Shown here piece after piece: positions 43,071 to 57,500 of a stretch of DNA of 64,000 nt. This DNA comes from the human T2T-CHM13v2.0 reference genome, Homo sapiens: assembly GCF_009914755.1 (NCBI RefSeq), contig NC_060925.1. The stretch is one strand, 5' to 3'. Position 1 is the first letter of the stretch. Each line of letters starts with the position of its first letter. The translations under genes were made by a program, and so were the position numbers. The notes below the pieces were generated by a model, which saw only the letters and a program-made list of their open reading frames with translations, was not told the origin of the DNA and searched no databases.

Positions 43071-46000
43071 TCAAATGGAATCGAATGGTATCATTGAATG
43101 GAATCGAATGGAATCATCATCAGATGGAAATGAATGGAATCGTCATAGAATGGAATCGAATGGATTCATTGAATGGAATCAGATTGAATCATCGAATGGA
43201 CTGGAAAGGAATCACTGAATGGACTCGAAAGGGATCATCATTGAATGGCATTCAATGGAATCATCGAATGGTCTCGATTGGAATCATTATCAAATGGAAT
43301 CGAATCGAATCACCGAATAGAATCGAATGGAACAATCATCGAATGGACTCAAATGGAATTATCCTCAAATGGAGTCGAATGGAATTATCGAATGCAATCG
43401 AATGGAATTATCGAATGCAATTGAATAGAATCATCGAATGGATTCGAATGGAATCATCGAATGGAATGGAATGGAACAGTAAATGAACTCGAATGGAATC
43501 ATCATTGAATGGAATCGAATGGAATCATCGAGTGGAATCGAATGGAATTATGATCAAATGGAATTGAATGTAATCATCATCAAATGGAATCAAAAATAAC
43601 CATCATCAATGGGTATTGAATGGAATTGTCATCAAATGGAATTCAAAGGAATCATCATCAAATGGAACCGAATGGAATCCTCATTGAATGGAAATGAAAG
43701 GGGTCATCATCTAATGGAATTGCATGGAATCATCATCAAATGGAATCGAATGGAATCATCATCAAATGGAATCTAATGGAATCACTGAACAGAATTGAAT
43801 GGAATCATCATCGAATGAATTGAATGCAATCATCGAATGGTCTCGAATGGAATCATCTTCTAATGGAAAGGAATGGAATCATCGCATAGAATCGAATGGA
43901 ATTAACATTGAATTGACTCGAATGGAATCAACATCCAACGGAATCAAGCGGAATTATCGAATGGAATCGAAGAGAATCATCGAATGGACTCGAATGGAAT
44001 CATCTAATGGAATGGAATGGAATAATCCACGGACTCGAATGCAATCATCATCGTATAGAATCGAATGGAATCATCGAATGGACTCGAATGGAATAATGAT
44101 TGAACGGAATCGAATGGAATCATCATCGGATGGAAACGAATGGAATCATCATCGAATGGAAATGAAAGGAGTCATCATCTAATGGAATTGCATTGAATCA
44201 TCATAAAATGGAATCGAATGGAATCAACATCAAATGGAATCAAATGGAATCATTGAACGGAATTGAATGGAATCGTCATCGAATGAATTGAATGCAATCA
44301 TCGAATGGTCTCGAATGGAATCATCTTCAAATGGAATGGAATGGAATCATCGCATAGAATCGAATGGAATTATCATCGAATGGAATCGAATGGAATCAAC
44401 ATCAAACGGAAAAAAAAGGAATTATCGAATGGAATCGAAGAGAATCATCGAACGGACCCGAATGGAATCATCTAATGGAATGGAATGGAATAATCCATGG
44501 ACTCGAATGCAATCATCATCGAATGGAATCGAATGGAATCATCGAATGGACTCGAATGGAATAATCATTGAACGGAATTGAATGGAGTCATCATCGGATG
44601 GAAACGAATGGAATCATCATCGAATGGAAATGAAAGGATTCATCATCTAATGGAATTGCATGGAATCATCATAAAATGGAATCGAATGGAATCAACATCA
44701 AATGGAATCAAATGGAATCATTGAACGGAATTGAATGGAATCGTCAACGAATGAATTGAATGCAATCATCGAATGGTCTCGAATGGAATCATCTTCAAAT
44801 GGAATGGAATGGAATCATCGCATAGAATCGAATGGAATTATCATCGAATGGAATCGAATGGAATCAACATCAAACGGAAAAATCGGAATTATCGTATGGA
44901 ATCGAAGAGAATCATCGAATGGACCCGAATGGAATCATCTAATGGAGTGGAATGGAATAATCCATGGACTCGAATGCAATCATCATCGAATGGAATCGAA
45001 TGGAATCATCGAATGGACTCGAATGGAATAATCATCGAACGGAATCGAATGGAGTCATCATCGGATGGAAATGAATGGAATCATCATCGAATGGAATCGA
45101 ATAGAATTATGGAATGAAATCCAGTGTGATCATCATCGAATGGACCCGAATGGAATCATCATCCAACGGAAGCTAATGGAATCAACATCGAATGAATCGA
45201 ATGGAAACACCATCGAATTGAAACGAATGGAATTATCATGAAATTGAAATGGATGGACTCATCATCGAATGGATTCGAATGGAATCATCGAATAAAATTG
45301 ATTGAAATCATCAACAAATGGAATCGAATGGTATCATTGAATGGAATCGAATGGAATCATCATCAGATGGAAATGAATGGAATCGTCATAGAATGGAATC
45401 GAATGGATTCATTGAATGGAATCAGATGGAATCATCGAATGGACTGGAATGGAATCATTGAATAGAATCGAAAGGATTCATTATTGAATGGAATTGAATG
45501 GAATCATCGAATGGTCTCGATTGGAATCATTATCAAATGGAATCGAATGGAATCACAGAATAGAATCGAATGGAACAATCATCGAATGGACTCAAATGGA
45601 ATTATCCTCAAATGGAATTGAATGGAAATATCGAATGCAATCGAATGGAATTATCGAATGCAATCGAATAGAATCATCGAATGGACTCGAATGGAATCAT
45701 CGAATGGAATGGAATGGAACAGTCAATGAACTCGAATGGAATCATCATTGAATGGAATCGAATGGAATCATCGAGTGGAATCGAATGGAATTATGATCAA
45801 ATGGAATCGAATGTAATCATCATCAAATGGAATCAAAAATAACCATCATCAATTGGTATTGAATGGAATTGTCATCAAATGGAATTCAAAGGAATCATCA
45901 TCAAATGGAACCGAATGGAATCCTCATTGAATGGAAATGAAAGGGGTCATCATCTAATGGAAACGCATGGAATCATCATCAAATGGAATCGAATGGAATC

Positions 46001-49000
46001 ATCATCAAATGGAATCTAATGGAATCATTGAACAGAATTGAATGGAATCGTCATCGAATGAATTGAATGCAATCATCGAATGGTCTCGAATGGAATCATC
46101 TTCTAATGGAAAGGAATGGAATCCCCGTATAGAATCGAATGGAATTAACATTGAATGGACTCGAATGGAATCCACATCAAACGGAATCAAGCGGAATTAT
46201 CGAATGGAATCGAAGAGAATCATCGAATGGACTCGAATGGAATCATCTAATGGAATGGAATGGAATAATCCACGGACTCGAATGCAATCATCATCGTATA
46301 GAATCGAATGGAATCATTGAATGGACTCGAATGGAATAATCATTGAACGGAATCAAATGGAATCATCATCGGATGGAAACGAATGGAATCATCATCGAAT
46401 GGAAAAGAAAAGAGTCATCATCTAATGGAATTGCATGAAATCATCATAAAATGGAATCGAATGGAATCAACATCCAACGGAAAAAAACGGAATTATCGAA
46501 TGGAATCGAAGAGAATCTTCGAACGGACCCGAATGGAATCATCTAATGGAATGGAATGGAATAATCCATGGACTCGAATGCAATCATCATTGAATGGAAT
46601 CAAATGGAATCATCGAATGGACTCGAATGGAATAATCATTGAACGGAATCGAATGGAATCATCATCGTATGGAAACGAATGGAATCATCATCGAATGGAA
46701 ATGAAAGGAGTCATCATCTAATGGAATTGCATGGAATCATCATAAAATGGAATCGAATGGAATCAACATCAAATGGAATCAAATGGAATCATTGAACGGA
46801 ATTGAATGAAATCATCATCGAATGAATTGAATGCAATCATCGAATGGTCTCGAATGGAATCATCTTCAAATGGAATGGAATGGAATCATCGCATAGAATC
46901 GAATGGAATTATCATCGAATGGAATCGAATGGTATCAACATCAAACGGAAAAAAACGGAATTATCGAATGGAATCGAAGAGAATCATCGAACGGACCCGA
47001 ATGGAATCATCTAATGGAATGGAATGGAATAATCCATGGACTCGAATGCAATCATCATCGAATGGAATCGAATGGAATCATCGAATGGACTCAAATGGAA
47101 TAATCATTGAACGGAATCGAATGGAATCATCATCGGATGGAAATGAATGGAATCATCATTGAATGGAATCGAATAGAATTATGGAATGAAATCCAGTGTG
47201 ATCATCATCGAATGGACCCGAATTGAATCATCATCCAACGGAAGCTAATGGAATCAACATCGAATGAATCGAATGGAAACACCATCGAATTGAAACGAAT
47301 GGAATTATCATGAAATTGAAATGGATGGACTCATCATCGAATGGATTCGAATGGAATCATCGAATAAAATTGATTGAAATCATCATCAAATGGAATCGAA
47401 TGGTATCATTGAATGGAATCGAATGGAATCATCATCAGATGGAAATGAATGGAATCGACATAGAATGGAATCGAATGTATTCATTGAATGGAATCAGTTG
47501 GAATCATCGAATGGACTGGAATGGAATCATTGAATGTACTCGAAAGGGATCATTATTGAATGGAATTGAATGGAATCATCGAATGGTCTCGATTGGAATC
47601 ATTATCAAATGGAATCGAATGGAATCACCGAATAGAATCGAATGGAACAGTCATCGCATGGACTCAAATGGAATTATCCTCAAATGGAATCGAATGGAAT
47701 TATCGAATGCAATCGAATGGAATTATCGAATGCAATCGAATAGAATCATCGAATGGACTCGAATGGAATCATCGAATGGAATGGAATGGAACAGTCAATG
47801 AACTCGAATGGAATCATCATTGAATGGAATCGAATGGAATCATCGAGTGGAATCGAATGGAATTATGATCAAATGGAATCGAATGTAATCATCATCAAAT
47901 GGAATCAAAAATAACCATCATCAATTGGTATTGAATGGAATTGTCATCAAATGGAATTCAAAGGAATCATCATCAAATGGAACCGAATGCAATCCTCATT
48001 GAATGGAAATGAAAGGGGTCATCATCTAATGGAATCCCATGGAATCATCATCAAATGGAATCGAATGGAATCATCATCAAATGGAATCTAGTGGAATCCT
48101 TGAACGGAATTGAATGGAATCGTCATCAAATGAATTGAATGCAATCATCGAATGGTCTCGAATGCAATCATCTTCTAATGGAAAGGAATGGAATCATCGC
48201 ATAGAATCGAATGGAATTAACATTGAATGGACTCGAATGGAATCAACATCAAACGGAATCAAGCGGAATTATCGAATGTAATCGAAGAGAACCATCGAAT
48301 GGACTCGAATGGAATCATCTAATGGAATGGAATGGAATAATCCACGGACTCGAATGCAATCATCATCGTATAGAATCGAATGGAATCATTGAATGGACTC
48401 GAATGGAATAATCATTGCACAGAATCGAATGGAATCATCATCGGATGGAAACGAATGGAATCATCCTCAAATGGAAATGAAAGGAGTCATCATCTAATGG
48501 CATGGCATGGAATCATCATAAAATGGAATCGAATGGAATCAACATCAAATGGAATCAAATGGAATCATTGAACGGAATTGAATGGAATCCTCATCGAATG
48601 AATTGAATGTAATCATCGAATGGTCTCGAATGGAATCATCTTCAAATGGAATGGAATGGAATCATCTTCAAATGGAATGGAATGGAATCATCGCATAGAA
48701 TCGAATGGAATTATCATCGAATGGAATCGAATGGTATCAACATCAAACGGAAAAAAACGGAATTATCGAATGGAATCGAAGAGAATCATCGAATGGACCC
48801 GAATGGAATCATCTAATGGAATGGAATGGAATAATCCATGGACTCGAATGCAATCATCATCGAATGGAATCGAATGGAATCATCGAATGGACTCGAATGG
48901 AATAATCATTGAACGGAATCGAATGGAATCATCATCGGATAGAAACGAATGGAATCATCGTCGAATGGAAATGAAAGGAGACATGTAATGGAATTGCATG

Positions 49001-50380
49001 GAATCATCATAAAATGGAATCGAATGGAATCAACATCAAATGGAATCCAATGGAATCATTGAACGGAATTGAATGGAATCGTCATCGAATCAATTGAATG
49101 CAATCATCGAATGGTCTTGAATGGAATCATGTTCAAATGGAATGGAATGGAATCATCGCATAGAATCGAATGGAATTATCATCGAATGGAATCGAATGAA
49201 ATCAAAAACAAACGGAAATAAAAGGAATTATCGAATGGAATCGAAGAGAATCATCGAATGGACCCGAATGGAATCATCTAATGGAATGGAATGGAATAAT
49301 CCATGGTCTCGAATGCAATCATCATCGAATGGAATCGAATGGAATCATCGAATGGACTCGAATGGAATAATCATCGAACGGAATCGAATGGAATCATCAT
49401 CGGATGGAAATGAATGGAATCATCATCGAATGGAATCGAATAGAATTATGGAATGAAATCCAGTGTGATCATCATCGAATGGACCCGAATGGAATCATCA
49501 TCCAACGGAAGCTAATGGAATCAACATCGAATGAATCGAATGGAAACACCATCGAATTGAAACGAATGGAATTATCATGAAATTGAAATGGATGGACTCA
49601 TCATCGAATGGATTCGAATGGAATCATCGAATAAAATTGATTGAAATCATCATCAAATGGAATCGAATGGTATCATTGAATGGAATCGAAAGGAATCATC
49701 ATCAGATGGAAATGAATGGAATCGTCATAGAATGGAATCGAATGGATTCATTGAATGGAATCAGATGGAATCATCGAATGGACTGGAATGGAATCATTGA
49801 ATGGACTCGAGAGGGATCATTATTGAATGGAATTGAATGGAATCATGGAATGGTCTCGATTGGAATCATTATCAAATGGAATCGAATGGAATCACCGAAT
49901 AGAATCGAATGGAACAATCATCGAATGGACTCCAATGGAATTATCCTCAAATGGAATCGAATGGAATTATCGAATGCAATCGAATGGAATTATCGAATGC
50001 AATCGAATAGAATCATCGAATGGACTCGAATGGAATCATCGAATGGAATGGAATGGAACAGTCAATGAACTCGAATGGAATCATCATTGAATGGAATCGA
50101 ATGGAATCATCGAGTGGAATCGAATGGAATTATGATCAAATGGAATCGAATGTAATCATCATCAAATGGAATAAAAAATAACCATCATCAATTGGTATTG
50201 AATGGAATTGTCATCAAATGGAATTCAAAGGAATCATCATCAAATGGAACCGAATGGAATCCTCATTGAATGGAAATGAAAGGGGTCATCATCTAATGGA
50301 ATCCCATGGAATCATCATCAAATGGAATCGAATGGAATCAACATCAAATGGAATCAAATGGAATCATTGAACGGAATTGA

Positions 50381-53300
50381 ATGGAATCGTCATCGAATGA
50401 ATTGAATGCAATCATCGAATGGTCTCGAATGGAATCATCTTCAAATGGAATGGAATGGAATCATCGCATAGAATCGAATGGAATTATCATCGAATGGAAT
50501 CGAATGGTATCAACATCAAACGGAAAAAAACGGAATTATCGAATGGAATCGAAGAGAATCATCGAACGGACCCGAATGGAATCATCTAATGGAATGGAAT
50601 GGAATAATCCATGCACTCGAATGCAATCATCATCGAATGGAATCGAATGGAATCATTGAATGGACTCGAATGGAGTAATCATTGAACGGAATCGAATGGA
50701 ATCATCATGGGATGGAAAAGAATGGAATCATCATCGAATGGAAATGAAAGGAGTCATCATCTAATGGAATTGCATGAAATCATCATAAAATGGAATCGAA
50801 TGGAATCAACATCAAATGGAATCAAATGGAATCATTGAACGGAATTGAATGAAATCATCATCGAATGAATTGAATGCAATCATCGAATGGTCTCGAATGG
50901 AATCATCTTCAAATGGAACGGAATGGAATCATCGCATAGAATCGAATGGAATTATCATCGAATGGAATCGAATGGTATCAACATCAAACGGAAAAAAACG
51001 GAATTATCGAATGGAATCGAAGAGAATCATCGAACGGACCCGAATGGAATCATCTAATGGAATGGAATGGAATAATCCATGGACTCGAATGCAATCATCA
51101 TCGAATGGAATCGAATGGAATCATCGAATGGACTCAAATAGAATAATCATTGAACGGAATCGAATGGAATCATCATCGGATGGAAACGAATGGAATCATC
51201 ATCGAATGGAAATGAAAGGAGTCATCATCTAATGGAATTGCATGGAATCATCATAAAATGGAATCGAATGGAATCAACATCAAATGGAATCAAATGGAAT
51301 CATTGAACGGAATTGAATGGAATCGTCATCGAATGAATTGAATGTAATCATCGAATGGTCTCGAATGGAATCATCTTCAAATGGAATGGAATGGAATCAT
51401 CTTCAAATGGAATGGAATGGAATCATCGCATAGAATCGAATGGAATTATCATCGAATGGAATCGAATGGTATCAACATCAAACGGAAAAAAACGGAATTA
51501 TCGAATGGAATCGAAGAGAATCATCAAATGGACCCGAATGGAATCATCTAATGGAATGGAATGGAATAATCCATGGACTCGAATGCAATCATCATCGAAT
51601 GGAATCGAATGGAATCATCGAATGTACTCGAATGGAATAATCACTGAACGGAATCGAATGGAATCATCATCGGATGGAAACGAATGGAATCATCATCGAA
51701 TGGAAATGAAAGGAGTCATGTAATGGAATTGCATGGAATCATCATAAAATGGAATCGAATGGAATCAACATCAAATGGAATCCAATGGAATCATAGAACA
51801 GAATTGAATGGAATCGTCATCGAATCAATTGAATGCAATCATCGAATGGTCTCGAATGGAATCATGTTCAAATGGAATGCAATGGAATCATCGCATAGAA
51901 TCGAATGTAATTATCATCGAATGGAATCGAATGAAATCAACCACAAACGGAAATAAAAGGAATTATCGAATGGAATCGAAGAGAATCATCGAATGGACCC
52001 GAATGGAATCATCTAATGTAATGGAATGGAATAATCCATGGACTCGAATGCAATCATCATCGAATGGAATCGAATGGAATCATCGAATGGACTCGAATGG
52101 AGTAATCGTTGAACGGAATCGAATGGAATCATCATCGGATGGAAACGAATTGAATCATCATCGAATGGAAATGAAAGGAGTCATGTAATGGAATTGCATG
52201 GAATCATCATAAAATGGAATCGAATGGAATCAAAATCAAATGGAATCCAATGGAATCATTGAACGGAATTGAATGGAATCGTCATCGAATGAATTGAATG
52301 CAATCATCGAATGGTCTCGAATGGAATCATCTTCAAATGGAATGGAATGGAATCATCGCATAGAATCGAATGGAATTATCATCGAATGGAATCGAATGGT
52401 ATCAACATCAAACGGAAAAAAACGGAATTATCGAATGGAATCGAAGAGAATCATCGAACGGTCCCGAATGGAATCATCTAATGGAATGGAATGGAATAAT
52501 CCATGGACTCGAATGCAATCATCATCGAATGGAATCGAATGGAATCATCGAATGGACTCGAATGGAATAATCATTGAACAGAATCGAATGGAATCATCAT
52601 CGGATGGAAACGAATGGAATCATCATCGAATGGAAATGAAAGGAGTCATCATCTAATGGAATTGCATGGAATCATCATAAAATGGAATCGAATGGAATGA
52701 ACATCAAATGGAATCAAATGGAATCATTGAACGGAATTGAATGGAATCGTCATCAAATGAATTGAATGCAATCATCGAATGGTCTCGAATGGAATCATCT
52801 TCTAATGGAAAGTAATGGAATCATCGCATAGAATCGAATGGAATTAAAATTGAATGGACTCGAATGGAATCAACATCAAACGGAAAAAAACGGAATTATC
52901 GAATGGAATCGAAGAGAATCATCGAATGGACCCGAATGGAATCATCTAATGGAATGGAATGGAATAATCCATGGACTCGAATGCAATCATCATCGAATGG
53001 AATCGAATGGAATCATCGAATGGACTCGAATGGAATAATCATTGAACGGAATCGAATGGAATCATCATCGGATGGAAACGAATGGAATCATCATCGAATG
53101 GAAATGAAAGGAGTCATCATCTAATGGAATTGCATGCAATCATCATAAAATGGAATCGAATGGAATCAACATCAAATGGAATCAAATGGAATCATTGAAC
53201 GGAATTGAATGGAATCGTCATCGAATGAATTGAATGCAATCATCCAATGGTCTCGAATGGAATCATCTTCAAATGGAATGGAATGGAATCATCGCATAGA

Positions 53301-54546
53301 ATCAAATGGAATTATCATCGAATGTTATTGAATGGTATCAACAACAAACGGAACAAAACGGAATTATCGAATGGAATCGAAGAGAATCATCGAACGGACC
53401 CGAATGGAATCATCTAATGGAATGGAATGGAATAATCCGTGGACTCGAATGCAATCATCATCGAATGGAATCGAATGGAATCATCGAATGGAACCGAATG
53501 GAATAATCATTGAACGGAATCGAATGGAATCATCATCGGATGGAAACGAAAGGAATCATCATCGAATGGAAATGAAAGGAGTCATCTAATGGAATTGCAC
53601 GGAATCAACATAAAATGGAATCGAATGGAATCAACATCAAATGGAATCAAATGGAATCATTGAACAGAATTGAATGGAATAGTCATCGAATGAATTGAAT
53701 GCAATCATCGAATGGTCTCGAATGGAATCATCTTCAAATGGAATGGAATGGAATCATCGCATAGAATCGAATGGAGTTATCATCGAATGGAATCGAATGG
53801 AATCAACATCAAACGGATAAAAACGGAATTATCGAATGGAATCGAAGAGAATCATCGAACGGACCCGAATGGAATCATCTAATGGAATGGAATGGAATAA
53901 TCCATGGACTCGAATGCAATCATCATCGAATGGAATCGAATGGAATCATCGAATGGACTCGAAATGAATAATCATTGAACGGAATCGAATGGAATCATCA
54001 TCGGATGGAAACGAATGGAATCATCATCGAATGGAAATGAAAGGAGTCATCTAATGGAATTGCACGGAATCAACATAAAATGGAATCGAATGGAATCAAC
54101 ATCAAATGGAATCAAACGGAATCATTGAACGGAATTGAATGGAATTGTCATCGAATGAATTGAATGCAATCATCGAATGGTCTCGAATGGAATCAGCTTC
54201 AAATGGAATGGAATGGAATCATCGCATAGAATCGAATGGAATTATCATCGAATGGAATCGAATGGAATCAACATCAAACGAAAAATCGGAATTATCGTAT
54301 GGAATCGAATGGAATCATCGAATGTACTCGAATGGAATAATCATCCAACGGAATCGAATGGAGTCATCATCAGATGGAAATGAATGGAATCATCATCGAA
54401 TGGAATCGAATAGAATTATGGAATGAAATCCAGTGTGATCATCATCGAATGGACCCGAATGGAATCATCATCCAACGGAAGCTAATGGAATCAACATCGA
54501 ATGAATCGAATGGAAACACCATCGAATTGAAACGAATGGAATTATC
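50381..54546 (+). repeat. Tandem sub-array of nine ~468-bp modules without an intervening core
   Basis: Module starts at 50381, 50849, 51317, 51808, 52273, 52741, 53209, 53674 and 54139. The core-to-core distance 49577-54547 is 4970 bp. Confidence 0.9.
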
Positions 54547-57500
54547 ATGAAATTGAAATGGATGGACTCATCATCGAATGGATTCGAATGGAATCATCGA
54601 ATAAAATTGATTGAAATCATCATCAAATGGAATCGAATGGTATCATTGAATGGAATCGAATGGAATCATCATCAGATGGAAATGAATGGAATCGTCATAG
54701 AATGGAATCAAATGGATTCATTGAATGGAATCAGATGGAATCATCGAATGGACTGGAATGGAATCATTGAATGGACTCGAAAGGGATCATTATTGAATGG
54801 AATTGAATGGAATCATCGAGTGGTCTCGATTGGAGTCATTATCAAATGGAATCGAATGGAATCACCGAATAGAATCGAATGGAACAATCATCGAATGGAC
54901 TCAAATGGAATTATCCTCAAACGGAATCGAATGGAATTATCGAATGCAATCGAATGGAATTATCGAATGCAATCGAATAGAATCATCGAATGGACTCGAA
55001 TGGAATCATCGAATGGAATGGAATGGAACAGTCAATGAACTCGAATGGAATCATCATTGAATGGAATCGAATGGAATTATGATCAAAGGGAATCGAATGT
55101 AATCATCATCAAATGGAATCAAAAATAACCATCATCAATTGGTATTGAATGGAATTGTCATCAAATGGAATTCAAAGGAATCATCACCAAATGGAACCGA
55201 ATGGATTCCTCATTGAATGGAAATGAAAGGGGTCATCATCTAATGGAATCGCATGGAATCATCATCAAATGGAATCGAATGGAATCATCATCAAATGGAA
55301 TCTAATGGAATCATTGAACAGAATTGAATGGAATCGTCATCGAATGAATTGAATGCAATCATCTAATGGTCTCGAATGGAATCATCTTCTAATGGAAAGG
55401 AATGGAATCATCGCATAGAATCGAATGGAATTAACATTGAATGGACTCGAATGGAATCAACATCAAACGGAATCAAGCGGAATTATCGAATGGAATCGAA
55501 GAGAATCATCGAATGGACTCGAATGGAATCATCTAATGGAATGGACTGGAATAATCAACGGACTCGAATGCAATAATCATCGTATAGAATCGAATGGAAT
55601 CATCGAATGGACTCGAATGGAATAATCATTGAAAGAATCGAATGGAATCATCATCGGATGGAAACGAATGGAATCATCATCGAATGGAAATGAAAGGAGT
55701 CATCTAATGGAATTGCATGAAATCATCATCAAATGGAATCGAATGGAATCAACATCAAATGGAATCAAATGGAATCATTGAACGGAATTGAATGGAATCG
55801 TCATCGAATGAATTGAATGCAATCATCGAATGGTCTCGAATGGAATCATCTTCAAATGGAATGGAATGGAATCATCGCATAGAATCGAATGGAATTAACA
55901 TTGAATGGACTCGAATGGAGTCATCTAATGGAATGGAATGGAATAATCCCCGGACTCGAATGCAATCATCATCGTATAGAATCGAATGCAATCATTGAAT
56001 GGACTCGAATGGAATAATCATTGAACGGAATCGAATGGAATCATCATCGGATGGAAACGAATGGAATCATCATCGAATGGAAATGAAAGGAGTCATCATC
56101 TAATGGAATTGCATGCAATCATCATAAAATGGAATCGAATGGAATCAACATCAAATGGAATCAAATGGAATCATTGAACGGAATTGAATGGAATCGTCAT
56201 CGAATGAATTGAATGCAATCATCCAATGGTCTCGAATGGAATCATCTTCAAATGGAATGGAATGGAATCATCGCATAGAATCGAATGGAATTATCATCGA
56301 ATGTTATCGAATGGTATCAACAACAAACGGAACAAAACGGAATTATCGAATGGAATCGAAGAGAATCATCGAACGGACCCGATTGGAATCATCTAATGGA
56401 ATGGAATGGAATAATCCATGGACTCGAATGCAATCATCATCGAATGGAATCGAATGGAATCATCGAATGGACTCGAAATGAATAATCATTGAACGGAATC
56501 GAATGGAATCATCATCGGATGGAAACGAATGGAATCATCATCGAATGGAAATGAAAGGATTCATCATCTAATGGAATTGCATGGAATCACCATAAAATGG
56601 AATCGAATGGAATCAACATCAAATGGAATCAAATGGAATCATTGAACGGAATTGAATGGAATCTTCATCGAATGAATTGAATGCAATCATCGAATGGTCT
56701 CGAATGGAATCATCTTCAAATGGAATGGAATGGAATCATCGCATAGAATCGAATGGAATTATCATCGAATGGAATCGAATGGAATCAACATCAAACGAAA
56801 AAATCGGAATTATCGTATGGAGTCGAATGGAATCATCGAACGGACTCGAATGGAATAATCATCCAACGGAATCGAATGGAGTCATCATCAGATGGAAATG
56901 AATGGAATCATCATCGAATGGAATCGAATAGAATTATGGAATGAAATCCAGTGTGATCATCATCGAATGGACCCGAATGGAATCATCATCCAACGGAAGC
57001 TAATGGAATCAACATCGAATGAATCGAATGGAAACACCATCGAATTGAAACGAATGGAATTATCATGAAATTGAAATGGATGGACTCATCATCGAATGGA
57101 TTCGAATGGAATCATCGAATAAAATTGATTGAAATCATCATCAAATGGAATCGAATGGTATCATTGAATGGAATCGAATGGAATCATCATCAGATGGAAA
57201 TGAATGGAATCGTCATAGAATGGAATCGAATGGATTCATTGAATGGAATCAGATGGAATCATCGAATGGACTGGAATGGAATCATTGAATGGACTCGAAA
57301 GGATTCATTATTGAATGGAATTGAATGGAATCATCGAATGGTCTCGATTGGAATCATTATCAAATGGAACCGAATGGAATCACCGAATAGAATCGAATGG
57401 AACAATCATCGAATGGACTCAAATGGAATTATCCTCCAATGGAATCGAATGGAAATATCGAATGCAATCGAATGGAATTATCGAATGCAATCGAATAGAA

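Noticed and set aside
46005-46190. Only minus-strand ORF (61 aa)
   Set aside because: Chance loss of a TGA stop caused by the local ATCCCCGTAT variant. It is the same satellite sequence and there is no inversion.
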